Positions 36,759-50,855 are shown, counted from the first letter of the whole stretch. The stretch is DNA of 61,870 nt, filler included, from Dimargaris cristalligena (GCA_003614675.1; 21 parts of 21 records of this genome joined end to end with filler, not necessarily neighbours in it); one strand, 5' to 3'. Translations and numbers: made by a program. The notes: generated by a model from the sequence alone, not told the origin.

Positions 36759-39178
36759 CGTCCTAATCATTATTACTGCTATTATCCAATTCAATAAAAC
36801 CAACTGCAGGCATCTAGCCTTGCCCCTTGCGGTTCTTTCTCCCTTCTTTAAATTATTTTAGTTCTATCCGAAGGCACGTGTGTTTACCATTGAATCTATA
36901 TTTCCAGCAGCAAATACATTTTTAACCAGTGATTCTTGCCTTATCATACAAAGTTTTTATAATATAGCCCGGTGAAACCCCGACCATTGGGATACTATGG
37001 TGTATCCAAGATATTCCAGAGAGATCTATTAGTGAAGACTCTATAAAAATGAGTATTTTAACACAAATGTAAAGGATATTGTAGGGTAAATTGATAGTTA
37101 AGGGAGAAATTGTAAAATCTCCGACGAAACCAACCTCATCAAGCATGTCTTCCAATATACGGCCGGGTCAAGCCTATTATTATACAATACCCACTACTAT
37201 TTCTGCTATGCGACCCATGAATCGATATGGGCGAAATGGAGCGCAGCTGTATAAGATTCAAACTGAGTTATGGGTGGTAAACTATACAGTTTCTGTTTTC
37301 AATTAATAAAATTAGTACATAAGGCGGATTCTTCGTTATACAATAGAACTAATTTGGGCCCTTATCTCGAAATATAGGAGGTCACCACCAAGTAATTTTG
37401 ATAAACACAATCCTGCTACACAAACCGAAAAAAAAACCGCTTGTTGGAGTGTGGCTATTGTCAGCATAACATTGCTATAAAAAGATCAAATACATGCCTA
37501 TTATACAGTTGTATTAGAAAGTAGGGAGTGGAATTTGTACTGGTTAATACGTAAAATATTAGCTGTTACTGAAGCTCATTTCAATATGACTAATACAAAG
37601 TGAAAATAGTCTATAAATGTCCGGGACTGCCTCCATGACTGAAATATACCATACAGACTAATAGTATGAACGGTAATGTGGCTATTTTAACAGGCCGGTT
37701 CAAAAAATACATTCTAAACCAACAAAGGGCCTCATCCAAAACCCTTTTATTCTTCACGCAGCCACTATGCCATTATCATTTGTATGGAATAGTCCCAACT
37801 AGTTGCCATACTATTGGTCTTTATCCTATGCTACATCCGAAACATACATATATATATATTCATTTCAATACTCCATCAAACAAAATCACCAATATAAATA
37901 GGTAGTATTCTCACATTGAAAATCAACTTTATACACAAATTTATTATATCTACAAAATTTGAGATACACATTTTACCTGCTCATTAGCAGGCACCCCCAT
38001 TGTTCGGATTAAATGGTGGCTGGTACAATTGGTAAACCCCTGTCTGCATCTGACAAGGGCGTGTCTCGCTCAGTAGTTGGATAATCCCTACCCAAGATGA
38101 GCGAGTGGCAGCCAGTATCACCCCCTTGGGGGTGGATAATTGGTTTTGAATCCTGCATTGATACAGGGTGTGATCTGTATAATTTTTGACAGGTTGCTGG
38201 GTTTTGGAAAAAAGCCATTGGAAGGGGGGTGAAGGAGAAATACAAGAAGAGAAGAAGTATTTAATATGGCGAGTGATAGGTGATAATTGTTCTGTTTCTT
38301 CATCGAAATGATTGAAAATGAGTGTATATTTGGCAAGGACTTCAGTCCANNNNNNNNNNNNNNNNNNNNNNNNNNNNNNNNNNNNNNNNNNNNTTAATTA
38401 ATTAANNNNNNNNNNNNNNNNNNNNNNNNNNNNNNNNNNNNNNNNNNNNAAGTTCAAGGTATAGAATAATATAGTAATGGCTAAAATATAGTCCCAAGTA
38501 TAGGACGGGCCAATCACAGAGATGGAATCAATGGGACGGGGGAAATGAATTTCCAACAGTTGCATCCACAGCCAGAGCAGGGGCCGACCCTGGCTGGTGC
38601 ATAAATCCAGCATGCCTGGATACCCCCAACGCTTCTGAGGCCTTTACATCAGAAGTACCAGCGGACAACCAGAATGGGATATATGCATCCCAGTAGGTCC
38701 GGTGACAACATATTCGGATACTACCACGCTATTATCTGAGGATGGTCATCAGCCATATAAACAGTGTATCAGCCGCACTTCCTGGATCCCCAGTTTACTA
38801 GCGTCCATAACACTCCTACTACTTCATATTTTATGCTCCTTTATTATAAAACACGCTCTTTCCACTCGCTATCTCAACAGACACTAACCAGATATGCTCT
38901 GACGAACTACCAGGAATGCAGACCTTGCCTTTATTCAGATGTTAGGTTGAGGAGATATTAATAACTTGTCCGTTAGTGTAAAAAAATAGCCACACATATG
39001 TGAATGATGCAAGTAGCCAAAGGTTAGTGTAAGCAATGGAGTGGGAAGATGAAGTGCTATATTGTGGAGGATGTTCAATCAGGCTGTATATTGGAAAAAT
39101 AAATCAGATATGGCAAATATTGCTGGTTAACAATGATGCACCCGCCTATTTTCCCATACACAAATCATTAAAGGTCTT

Positions 39179-40302
39179 TTACAGCTGGTGCGAAATTATC
39201 TAGCAGCTGCAGTTTGTTTGCTTGAGTTCCATTTGTTGCCGGATATCGCGCAATTAGGCCATGGTGTCCTGCTACTGGCCCTGTAGCTCATTGACTCGGC
39301 TCTGCATATCCTGCAGTTGCTGCCCAAGCCCATATATTTGGTGCTTGCGGCCTTCTTCGCAGTGCTTTATCTCACCTAATCGGTTGCGCTGATCATCGCA
39401 CTGGGCGTCAAATTTCTTAATCTTGGCCATTTTTGTTTCAAACTACTGATTGGATCACTAACTGGCATCCTCCATGGAATTATTGGGCCTCTTGGCCACC
39501 GGGATATTGTGGGCCACTCTTGCCTTCAGCTCCAGGTGGGGTTGGTATTGCCACTGCGGCTGTTTATCATTCTGGTGAATGGTTTTGTGCACCTTTTTGA
39601 TGGTGTTAAAGCAGTCCTTGGATTCAGCATACTGTGCAAAGGGAATCCAGGTTTCGATGATTTTGATTTGCTGGAGGATAGCCTCCCATTCTTGAAAATG
39701 TAGGACATCCCACTCCAAAAGGGCTTTTCATTTAATGAGATTGTTGATACTTTCTTGCTTGTCCTTAGTAGTTGCCTGCAGTGACCTTTCCTGGTTGCAC
39801 AGCTGGGTGAATTGGGAGTATCATTCGGCCAACTGGGCCTCCCCAGAAGCCTTTTGGGCCTCATGCAGTAGCTCTGCAGGATTCATCTGGGTGAATTCAT
39901 AGGACTTTGTCCTTGGGTAAAAAGTGATACAGGTTATCTACTTAGATGCAGAATAACCACATGGTTTCCTGGATCTCCTCAAAGGTGGAAGCATGGCCAT
40001 TGAGTTTCCAGGTGGAGGAGTTACTATCACACTGGATATGCCACTTGATGGGATTGCAATGGCCAGAGTGGCCTTTGAGATCAATTTCAATGGATGCCAG
40101 GCCATAGCCATGTTTGACAAATTCAGAAATGTCCTTGGCATGACCTGCAATGGAACTGTTACTGCCTAGATCCAAGGCAACAATGCTCTTGTCTGTGCCA
40201 TTAGAACCAATAATTGTGTTTAGGTACAGTCTAAAGAGAACTGACAGGCATCATATGTGATAAAGTGCCACAGGGCTACACAAACAATGGAGCCTGGGGG
40301 GA
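39179..40302 (-). pseudogene. SMC5: Decayed, truncated copy of SMC5 (N-terminal ATPase head and start of coiled coil)
   Basis: PGSIVCVALWHFITYD, YLNTIIGSNGTDKS (Walker A GPNGTGKS), GHAKDISEFVKHG, STWKLNG, I*VDNL..FLP, DKV.EFTQMNPAELL. Stops and frameshifts present; boundaries approximate. Confidence 0.85.
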
Positions 40303-40924
40303 CTCCCTTTAGAAGGGTGGTAGTGGATTGGCAGACTATCACTATTATTATTATTAAAAAAGGAATAAGTGACCAGTGGTGAGTTCATATGGAAGGTGCA
40401 TGGAATGACAAAAGAGGGTATTTGTCTATATGGGCATAGGGAGAAGCATGTCAGTTAACCAGTGAATTTGGAGGGGTGTTATGAAAAACAAGGCTAAAAA
40501 CTTACCCTCTCATTTGTGTTGATTTGAGAGGCTGACTTGGCATGGTTGAAATTGGCCCTCACAAGCTGCTGCTTGGGACAGAGTATTGGTTGTTGGGGTA
40601 GGTGTCTGTTTACCAGTGGGTTTTCATGGTGAGGGTGGTGGTGACCATAGTCAAGGGAGACACAGGCAATCAACATAAGCAGCAGGTTTGCCAATAGGGA
40701 AAATGGAAATGTGTGAGGGTTTTGGAGCTAAAGTATCAACTTGGAATTGAGTTTGATTAGGAGGAGTGGAAGGGGTAGTGCCAATGAGAGTGGGAAATGG
40801 CCAAAATCTTAAATACAGTATGGGTGGTAGCTCATCTACATTGGCAGTCCAAACTGGTGATAATGGGTTCAAGGGGGTAATGTGAAAGCAAGATATATAG
40901 AGAGTATAAACTTAATAGTGACAC

Positions 40925-41245
40925 TACTACCTGGGTTAACTACTCTTAGTCTATTAAGAGTCCTAAGGATATGCTTCTAACAGTAGGTAGGGCTTAGGTT
41001 TGGCTAAGTGGGCTACTAGCATTAGGTACAGGGGTACAGTACTAATTAATAAAGGCTATAGTAGGTATATGTAAGGGTCTTATAGTGGGCACAATTACTG
41101 GTTATTATAAAGGGGGAGTGAGTATGTATAGAGTTTATTGGGGTAAATTAAGGGGCAAGAATAAGCTGAAGAATTAAACCAGTCCTAATGGGGCCCAGTT
41201 ATATATATATAGGAACAACTCCAGAGGGAGGTCCCAAGGGGAGGA
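40925..41245 (-). mobile_element. LTR family A, 3' part, interrupted by family D
   Basis: CCTGGGTTAACTACTCTTAGTC...CCAGAGGGAGGTCCC matches other copies. Confidence 0.8.
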
Positions 41246-41300
41246 TGTGGTGAACTTACCACATTTTTTACCTACTTTTATTTTTAATCCATTTTTCGCA
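41246..41300 (+). mobile_element. Family D element terminus
   Basis: TGTGGTGAACTTACCACATTTTTACC is shared with 47060-47192 (+) and 59038-59162 (-), each inserted at a different site. Confidence 0.75.
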
Positions 41301-43578
41301 NNNNNNNNNNNNNNNNNNNNNNNNNNNNNNNNNNNNNNNNNNNNTTAATTAATTAANNNNNNNNNNNNNNNNNNNNNNNNNNNNNNNNNNNNNNNNNNNN
41401 ATACACATTAACCCTACTCAGTTCTCTTACTATTTTGATTATCAATAAACTTATTACTATTAATGTTTACCTATACTTGCTATCGACACTATTGTTCATC
41501 CCATTGACTGGGCTCTCAATAATAGGGTGGTGTCTTTATGGTGAGCCTGTAAGAAAGGCGTTGGCAAATAGACATGTTATTACGATACTTTGTGTTCTTA
41601 TAATATCCAGACCGAGCTAGCTATTAAATCAACTTTCATAAGTTTTATTTGAAATATAAAATCGGACTTTACTTGGCGAATGCCAGTACGTTTAAATAGC
41701 ACTTTCGAACAGAAATGCTATAATACAATATAAGCACCCCATTGGTAAGTATACAGGGAGGGGAAAATGCTGATCCAATGAGAATTCAAAGGTGAGTTGT
41801 AAAAATACTACGATAGTGATGTAAGAGAAGTCAGACAATTGTCTAATACCTACTGATTGTTTATTTATGGAATAATCTATCGAGTACAAGAGCAGACAAG
41901 GACTTAATTTAGCGTGCAATTACAAGCCCAAAGGGCTACAATCGAATGGGATCACTTTATACATGCTTTCAACAACAGATACCGCTTTTTTTTTAGTGGA
42001 TAGTTGGATGAGTGGTCTCACATCCAGTTTCCTGAAAATATTAACACTTTCTAAGTTGTATTTACAGTATTGCCAATTGCGGTGGATTCATGACCATGAC
42101 ATACCGCTATATTTACCTACTGACCCTATTCTTGAATGTTCCAGATTCAATCCCCACCATAGAAATTAACATTGACATTTACCTTTGGATATAGTGCTGT
42201 CTCCACAGCCCTTGGAATGCTAATATTCTTATTAAAATACATAGATACAAGTAATGTAATGATTTTGGCACAGGTATATAAAGTTGTGAATTGATTGAGT
42301 AAATATAGCCAGAAAACTCCCTGATAGGATTGCTGCATAGCTATTTTATTGCATAGGGTAGTACACGTACCTGCATCTAGGCCCCCGACCTTAATTGACA
42401 AATTAAAAGAGCATGAGATATGAGAAAGTTTTATTGAAGGATGAACATATAGTACAGAACCACTTAAAGCAATGTGGGTGCTAGTAAACTGAAGGATACG
42501 AGTGCGTAACTGATACATATTTATATGGAATATAGCAGACATCCAATAAGCCTAAAGAGGGTCAATAACATATTCACCAAACCCTCAGGAATAGTGCTCT
42601 AGATCGCAGGGCTGGTGACGCCCGCGGCAAGATGCTCATTAACTGAGAGTCCCTGGTCGGGATGTAGGTAGCTAGGGTATCCTCTCGATAGCAGATGATG
42701 CGGCCGGAACTACAGATCTGCTTATATCAACGGGCTCCAAGGGAACCAGACTGCCTCGGTGACCAGGGTCGGACCCTGTGGCGACTACAGATGTAAAATG
42801 ATCTTCACCGTATTCCTATGTACGGTAATATCTAGGCAATATATTCAAATGACCGGACAATATAGAATTGGGTATGCCATTGAAATCACATCTGGACTTT
42901 ACACTACTATGTGTGTGCTCTTATTATAGATAGAAGTATAAATCGTAAGAGTCACTATGCCAAATATTCCAGCTATTTACAACGGCACATCCAGGCTATT
43001 GGCGCCAATAGACTAGTCATCTATTCACAGAAGAATGATTTCATACTACTGAGGGTGTAGTCTTTTATTGGTGATCATTAGGCCACCTATTATTACTATA
43101 AACTTATTACACGCCCCCTATATTGTTCGAAGCCTTATTATTTAAGGACACATGTGGGATTATGGCTATTTTGATATTTCGAATGTTTGAAGCACATTTC
43201 AATATAAATTTAAACATCTATAGTGGCATTCTACACTGATACAAAAAGGACCTATAGAATATTCCCATACATCTGAATTAGGGAATATTCTAGTTTTCAT
43301 GACATAAAAATAGTCATTCGGTTTAATGATACATTCTTATAACATGTGGTCACGCCTAATCCAACTGAAGTCGGCTTGGTTGGACCATACCTTGAATAAA
43401 TAGCGACATTAGCATTATATTTGGTCATTAACGAGACACAGGGGGTGGGAAACAAAGGTGTCATATCTAACTAGACCATTCGAGTGTGGAATATGGGGAA
43501 AAAAGAGTCAGTAACCAGGAATGGAAGGCCGTATTAACAATGGACAAATAGGATAATGCTAGTGTATCTTGTTTCTAG

Positions 43579-44144
43579 CTAGTAGGGAAAATCAATGGGA
43601 ATAGCCGAATTGTTCTTGACTACGGCAGGGAAAAGCATTTTTATCCATAGAATGAATGCTTTTCCAAATGGGTGAGAAGTACTGTTATTAGTGAAAGAGT
43701 CACCATCTTCAAGAAAAAGGTCGGAGTCTGCTATTAAGATATGTAAAACCACAATACCAGTGGTGTTTATGATTGAATTGGATTGGATTAGAAGGAAGGA
43801 TACAATACAAGGAAACCCCAACTAGGAAATACTGTAACATTGGAAAATGTTAAAAATTCGCTTCACCAATGGCCTCATTAATTCTCTTTTTCTTGTAAGG
43901 GAAACCCATATTCCCCGTCTAATACGCCTGTTTTTTCTGGGTGAGGTGATGTACCCCCGGAGATATATAAATACACAGGCCCCCCCAGGGTGTTCAAATC
44001 TATAGTTTAAGTCATATCCACTATTCAAGTATGACTTTGACCTCTTTTTTATATTCTAAAGGCAAGGATCGGCCGAGTAGGGATTACCCCACGGCCGATC
44101 CCAAGGCGCCTATCATAAAACCCATATATTGGGTTTTACAAAAA
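43579..44144 (+). pseudogene. Decayed exon of an unidentified gene family (paralog of 44956-45678)
   Basis: LVGKING...YP*NE...RVTIF...EGYNTR...DRPSRDYPTADPKAPIIKPIYWVLQK|GTAAGT, with in-frame stops. Confidence 0.6.
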
Positions 44145-44955
44145 GTAAGTTCACATTTATATATATATACATATTCCGAATATTTTTATTACACTGCAAC
44201 CACCCACCCCTTATATACTACTTCATTGGTACCACTTACACTGCTGTTTNNNNNNNNNNNNNNNNNNNNNNNNNNNNNNNNNNNNNNNNNNNNTTAATTA
44301 ATTAANNNNNNNNNNNNNNNNNNNNNNNNNNNNNNNNNNNNNNNNNNNNAGGAGAGGAAAGGGTAAAAAAATATGACCATAAAGAATAAATAGACAACTG
44401 CTATAAAAACACAGAAATCGTCTGGTGAGTATTTGGTGATGCCATCTGGGTCCGGGAAGGAGTGTGGATTGGGACGATTAATAGGTGGTTTATGGTCTGG
44501 GGGCTTGTTAGCCCAATTGACGTGATATAGTCCAGGTGGGAAGGTGGGGGCCTATAATTGCTGCACTGTAAGGTCGACTATTTTCGAGCCTGTAGTGTGT
44601 TCTTGATCTGTGTTTGGGGAATATGATAATGTAAAAAATAGATATAGCAATATTAGTTAGAAGCTGTTATGCATTTGAAAGAGACCACAGTATTTTAACC
44701 ACTAACACATTGGGAATATGTAATTGGTAGTTGTGGCGTAGGGAACAAGGGTCAGTATTAATACTTAGACACAAAGAGCCACCACCCCAATTTTCATTCC
44801 ATCCGCCCTTTTACTAACTGCAATATTGATATGTAGCATTGCAACTGCCATATGCCAGTGGGATGGTTGCCAATGGAGCAGTATATAAAGGGAGAATGAT
44901 TGCACTGACAATTCAAATATAAATAATAGATTTATAATATAATACTGCAACTTAC

Positions 44956-45678
44956 CTTTTGTAGAACCCAATGAATGGGTCTAACAATGGGAGCCTTGGG
45001 ATCAGCCATAGGGTAATTCCTACTGGGCCAATCCTGGCCATTGATAAAATATTTTGCAATAAAAGTCATAGCAGTAGTAGATATGTATTTAGCTATAAAA
45101 TTGATGTAACCCATAGGGGTGGAAATGGATGGGGTTTTATAGGTACAAACACAGCACCCAAACCAGTGACATAGGTGTATTGGGGGAATAATTGGGGGTT
45201 TCCCTTGCATATTCACATAATAAAATTTGACTGAAAGTTCCCACCATGAAAAAGATAGCAGGGGTTGACAATGGGATTGTAGAAGTCTGGAACCTGCCAT
45301 TGACTTAGGCAGGTCACCTGCAATGTGATACATTCCTGACCTTCCCAGATAGGGATGTTCCTTTACCAGAATAAAGGAAATTGGCGGGGGAATTGTTGAA
45401 TTGCATTTTTAAAAAAGCTAATACAGCAGGATTGTTTAGCAAACTATCTCTTGCATTGTATCCTCCCTTCCAAGTTAGCTTAATTACAAAGGCCGCTTAC
45501 ATGGTAGTTTAACATGTACTGATGGCAGGCCCGCATCTATTCCCTGAAGGTTGTGGCTCTTTCACCAACAATGCTATTCCCCCACTGATTTGTAGAAGCA
45601 TTCATTTCACAGATAGTGGTGGCAATCCCTGCAGTAATTGAATAAGGTGTGGCCACTGTCATTGACTTTCCCGACAAG
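44956..45678 (-). pseudogene. Decayed exon of the same unidentified gene family
   Basis: LVGKVND...YL*NE...RATTF...GGYNAR...DWPSRNYPMADPKAPIVRPIHWVLQK|GTAAGT, with stops and frameshifts. Confidence 0.6.
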
Positions 45679-46731
45679 TTAAAAGCAAGTCATGGTACCA
45701 TTTTCCCCTTTGTCCATGGCTAACAATGCCTTCTGTTCCTAATTGTCAATTCTTTCATTCATGTATCCCACACTTACATTATTTAGTCAGGCATGGTACA
45801 CTTGTTGACCACTACACTTTTATTGTGAATGTCTAAGTGCAGTGGCATTACTGTTGTTCCTGTAAGGTATAGCCTTGCTAAGCCTCATTCAAGAAGATTA
45901 AGGGTTGCCACAAGTATCAAGGATGTACCATATTACCAGCTGTTGCCATTTGTCATGGAAGGAGTGTTATTGTATTCTATATATATGGGTTCTAAACCTA
46001 AAGGGGCCCACCCAAATTAGCCAAGTATGCTACCATGAATTCGAAATTTTCCATTGAGGAATGCTTTAAAGATTCCCTAATATTAAGATTGGAAATGGTT
46101 AAACATGCGTCCTTGTGCACCACTGTTTAGAACAATACAGGGAGTGTATCATAAGAATCTAAAAGCAGTGGATGGACAAATATTCATCAATGTGTAGATT
46201 TTGGTTCAGAGTAAATACAATTACAAGGATGCAAGTAGATTGCCAGTTTACTGATGCCAACAGTTTGGATATGCCACTGTAGCTAGTTGGAGTTCTTGGT
46301 ATAGTGTATTTATCAGCATATACCCATAGCTATAATAAGGACACATACCTATTAGTGAATGGTCAAGGTGTGAATTTGATGACTGGTGCAGTCATTTACT
46401 GTTGGAGCATATGAATGCACTACCAAATTTTCCTGGAGAGAAAAATATTTTACTAAAACTCAACCATTACTATGAGTCTATATTGCCTAGATACTATTAT
46501 ATATATGAGCTAGGCTTAAGTAAGTTCCATCCCTTTCAATGATAGTTGTGGTTGTTTTTCTGGTTAATAGGGGTATAAACCAATACACAGTTGGATGGTA
46601 TTTATTACCTGCACTTTATTTAAATTTTATTTGACTTAAGCTAATGAATTAAACTAGGTGTTCTGCTTAAATATATAGGACCAATTCCTTTACTGTCTGG
46701 ACTAGCTCTTAATTACTACAGGTTCTACTAG

Positions 46732-47059
46732 TGTTGGCCCTTCTAATCTGGCTTAATCTAGACATAACACTGGATCATCCTTATTAGGCCCTATAGTACC
46801 ATATCTACCTTCCCATAGTCACCCCCAGTTCTATGGGATCCTCCTATATTATATAACCCTTCCCTTCTAGACCCCAGAGTCCCATTACTCACTCCCGGGC
46901 TGATCTAACAACTCTTCCAGTTCCCAGCTGAGTCTTCTATGCCCTACACCATACAGCTAGCTAGTTTATCTGTCAGTAGTCTTAGTAGTATCTTCCTCTG
47001 GGGACCTCCCTGTGGAGTAGTCCCCTGCATATATATAACTGGCCCCCCACTGGGACTGG
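46732..47059 (+). mobile_element. LTR family A, 5' part, interrupted by family D
   Basis: Starts TGTTGGCCCTTCTAATC and contains the CCCATAGTCACCCCCAG and GGGACCTCCCTGTGGAG blocks. Confidence 0.8.
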
Positions 47060-47192
47060 TGTAGTAAACTTACCACATTTTTACCTACTTTTATTTTTTA
47101 TCTATTTTTCGCACTTATTGGAAGTACGCCCCTGACGAGTGAATGAGCCCCTACCCCTGCCCCTAATAAGTATAGTCATTTTTCTTCCACAC
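47060..47192 (+). mobile_element. Family D element terminus
   Basis: TGTAGTAAACTTACCACA... is a G>A variant of the 41246 copy and extends through CCCCTGACGAGTGAATGAGCCCC. Confidence 0.75.
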
Positions 47193-50100
47193 NNNNNNNN
47201 NNNNNNNNNNNNNNNNNNNNNNNNNNNNNNNNNNNNTTAATTAATTAANNNNNNNNNNNNNNNNNNNNNNNNNNNNNNNNNNNNNNNNNNNNACCATACA
47301 ATTTCTTAGCATGAATTCCCTTCTTTTTTCAGTTTTATCAATATCTAACATGGAGGAGGACTGGGAAGACTGTGTCTTCCAACCTTCCAATCTCTATATT
47401 TTGCTCTTTTTTAACCTATTCATGACCACAGTTTAGCCAGTAGGTCAATTTTTTCCCTATTTTTAGGTTTTTTTTTATGACCTACAATTATTGCAGCATA
47501 ATTCTCAGCTATAGTTATGTAGTTTGGTCATTTTTTCTTATATATATCTTAGTAGCGTCCCCTCAGTTAAAGGGACAAGTTAGTTTCGAGATAAATGAAT
47601 ACATATCTGTTTTAACTTCACCAGACGATACCGACGATTAAACCCTGTACCCCATTTTTATTGATTAGTTTATTGCCACTATTCCTATTTATTTTACTTT
47701 CATTTACTTAGTTCGAATTTGTGGTATCTCCGAGTACCAAACCGATTATACCGTTTGACTATAACGTTTTCTTATAACGTTTTTTTTTGTTTTGTTTATT
47801 TGATCTTTTCTTTTCAACTGACGATGCGAGACGATGATGTACGACGCGATGGACGACCAGGAACTCGGCGGCGACTTCCCCAAGGCCACCTCGGTCTCAA
47901 CCCCCTCGAACCCAGCAAAGTCCAACACTCCGCACTACATGACGAGATATGGTGACCGTCTAGTGGGAAGGAACAGGAGGTTCCCCCTCCTGCCAACTCT
48001 CCCAAAGGCGAACCAGCGGAGTCCCTCAAATTGTTAGCAACACAGATACATTAAATAAAAATAGAAGGATTTTTAATATTTTTTACACCAAGGCTGGGTA
48101 TCCCACTTTTGCTGGCCATGATTGTAGTTTAAGGTCAAAGTGGATAAACTGCCTTCATATTTGAGGGGTAAGGGTGATAATATAAGAAATCCCCACCTAA
48201 ATAATATTGAATATTGTAGCTAAGTGTAATTATATACTGATAGATTGTAATATTAAAAAGAGACAGTGTAAGATAATGTAGTTTAGTAGAGCATTCCTTA
48301 TACAGTTACTGGTAATTGAGAGGAACTATTACATAATAGTATATGAAAAAAGATAATAAAGGGGGGGTTTACTGTTAAATCACTGTGTGGAATTTTCAGA
48401 GTGGGTAATTGCATTTGTATTGTAGCATAGGCATTCATAGCATGATAGCTAAGCACAAGGTCTAGTTGGGCTACAGTTTAATGCAGTAATAATAATTACT
48501 TGTAGTGAAATAAAGGAATAAGGTGGTCAACTAATTAATGGGCTCATAATATCTTTTAGACCTATTTAGTTACTTAAGTGAAATTCTCGAATCCATTCTT
48601 AGTTTTACCTGATCCTTCCAGCAAGTCAGCAGAAAACCAAGTCATTTTGTAGTGTAGCATTCCTCCCCTTAATTGTACCTTTTAGCTCCTTATAGCCATT
48701 TGTTGCAGACTGTGAGCCATTAATGTTAAAAGTGGCCATATTTATAGTAATATACATCAGTTGACATCGGAAGTATGCATACCTAGTGCTAAACCTGGTC
48801 GTTGGAATTACACCGCCAAGTCACTGACGTAAATATGTAGCTGTGCATAAATTATTTGCAAGGAATCTACCCATGCATAAGTGCACCTCCCAGTTTTCCA
48901 TGGCGTATTCGACCCTGTTGATAAAGTAGAGATATTATAACCCATTTCCCTAAGTTAAACAACCGGTATCGGTCCAATACTCAACCCAAAAGCATTGCTT
49001 TACTGATATTGGGACTATTTAGTGATTTACTTTCCTATATTCACTTGTGGCTTTTTTTTTCGATATGAAGAGAATATAACAATAGGTTGGCCATGCACGG
49101 TAGAGGCTGGGGCGGATATAGTATATTCCGGACAAATATGTTAAACCGACGGGATGCTTTAGCTCGATGGCTCACTGGCTCCAATAAAGGGAGTTTGATG
49201 AAAGAAACTCGCATGTGGAATAGCCAATGAAAGAGAAAAAGTGTCGGAAAACCCCCTGGTACAAAATGATATATCGAGTAAAGAGGGGCTTAGAATCGGA
49301 ACGGAAGAGTTGGGAAGGGCCCCAGGTAAAAGGCAAAGGGCGGGGGAAGCCGGGGCAGGGCTATATATTAGAAAAAAAAACTCAAAGTTACAGACTATGT
49401 TCATATTTATCTTTATCTGTAGCAGTGGGTCTACAGGGGACTCTGAATATTTTGAGGCCGGTTGTCTATGCCCACCGAGTCTCACATCTACTACCCCATC
49501 CCCCTCGACTTTCAAGGCATCAGGTGTGTATCCGAACCGCATGTAGATTTAGAGAGACAGGTCATATTGAACATTAATAATGTAAACTTCACATTTATAA
49601 AATGCCGCCGATTTAAAAAAAAACCAGTTGAGGCTGGGCGCGATGGTCCATTTCCACTTAGGGCCTCTTCCCTAGCAGACTTGGCTTGTCCAAATGGAGA
49701 GGTATGACTGCCGATATTTTTGTACTAGCGCCCATTGGTTATATTTATCCACAGACGCCCATTCTATGTATGTATTCACTAATACACATTGGCTTTATTT
49801 GTTCGTAAATGTTCATTGGTTATAGTTATTCATAAATGTCTATTGGCTATATATATGCGTACCTGCGTTCCCCATATCGCATTGGCCGATTCGGACCCTT
49901 GGCCCTTAAACCGTGAAACCGCGTCCCATTGAAACTATAGGGATTATATTTTAAGGGCCGAGTAGTACCCATGCTATGCGACGACATAGTTACAATAAAA
50001 GGTCGCGATAATCCCCTCTTTCTATCTAAGTAGCTTATTTGCCTACTCTGGTTAACTTTTTCATTCCCCTGCACCTCAGTTGTATTACTAAGTATATTTG

Positions 50101-50855
50101 TCATACTTTTAACCTAATTTACCAATATCATTTTTNNNNNNNNNNNNNNNNNNNNNNNNNNNNNNNNNNNNNNNNNNNNTTAATTAATTAANNNNNNNNN
50201 NNNNNNNNNNNNNNNNNNNNNNNNNNNNNNNNNNNCCCTTGGGAGGCATTCCTATTCATTATGTTCAGCTAGTAACGACCACTTCGCCGCGTGAATTACC
50301 CGTCTATGCCTAAGGTTGCGTTTAACCATACTGCTAGTAATAATGAGCCCAAGGTTTATTGACGATGGCGATTTCAGACAACGGCCAATACCTGTGGTAA
50401 ATCATCGGAATGACTAACTGGCATTGCACATACGACACACCCTTATTATAGATACCATTAGTAACCTTGCTCACAAGAGGATTTTTCAATGTTTCATAGG
50501 TCTATCTATTTTTTACGGGATTTAGATACCCATAGCGACATAAATGAGTAGGCTGGTCCGGTTATTTACAGAGCAAATTAATGACCATTATTTAGAGGAG
50601 TCTAGTTGGTGGCCAGAAAAGTCGAATAGTCCCAAGAACTGGGGGTATGAGGTAGATTCGGTTCATCTCAAAGATACCCACTGCCAATCATTAATTACAC
50701 ACCTCCAGACCATGTAATCTTGACGCCAGTCTATAACCGCAGCCATTTGTCTGTTACGATCAGCGACGACACCGGCGGATGCAAATGCTCGGCATTATAT
50801 ATGACATGTGATTGGTGGTGATCAAAGTGAAGTGTGACGAGTGACTTTTATTCGG

